Made by a program: the position numbers and the translations under genes
Shown: piece after piece, positions 53,137 through 53,231 of the stretch
Layout of the letters: each line of letters starts with the position of its first letter
How positions within the stretch are numbered: position 1 is the first letter of the stretch
Assembly: GCA_003427395.1 (NCBI GenBank)
Contig: BFEA01000002.1
Location: 2,829,739-2,882,969, forward strand
Length of the DNA stretch: 53,231 bases
Reading direction: 5' to 3'
Origin: Chara braunii
Lineage: Eukaryota > Plantae > Charophyceae
Notes under the pieces: generated by a model
Databases searched by the model: none
Told to the model about the DNA's origin: nothing
The model's input: the letters and a program-made list of their open reading frames with translations, nothing else

Positions 53137-53231
53137 AAACAACCCGAGAGGATGCTAGGGGTGCTGGTGAGAGAAGACACCACTAGCATTTCCTAGGAGT
53201 CTCCAGCTATTGGTGGGGAGGAACACCTGCT

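Overview
Eukaryotic, repeat-saturated nuclear scaffold with four N-gaps, three of them bordered by (GA)n. It is most likely a streptophyte alga such as Chara. That is inferred from a plant-type U6, a plastid chlN fragment and a Chara-style trihelix ORF. I see no intact host gene. The window is a nest of decayed L1/Tx1-type LINEs (APE, RT and zf-RVT remnants on both strands), several MITEs (a TA-flanked Tc1/mariner type, a hAT type with an 8-bp TSD, foldbacks), a 28S rRNA fragment, two U6 snRNA-derived copies, a chlN NUPT, a trihelix (Myb/SANT-like) pseudogene and one Nextera mate-pair adapter artefact. Three signals stand out. (1) A 2.7-kb TG...CA element with a 4-bp TSD (12983-15694) splits a LINE zinc finger and carries two divergent ORFs of unknown function. 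Both show mainly synonymous substitution against a second, diverged copy at about 38.9-40.3 kb. (2) A multi-hairpin RNA motif occurs 11 times at the 3' ends of otherwise divergent retroelement tails, with compensatory changes. (3) One U6 copy has lost its catalytic core and gained a perfect 15-bp fold-back. All alignments were done by eye, and boundaries marked approximate are approximate.
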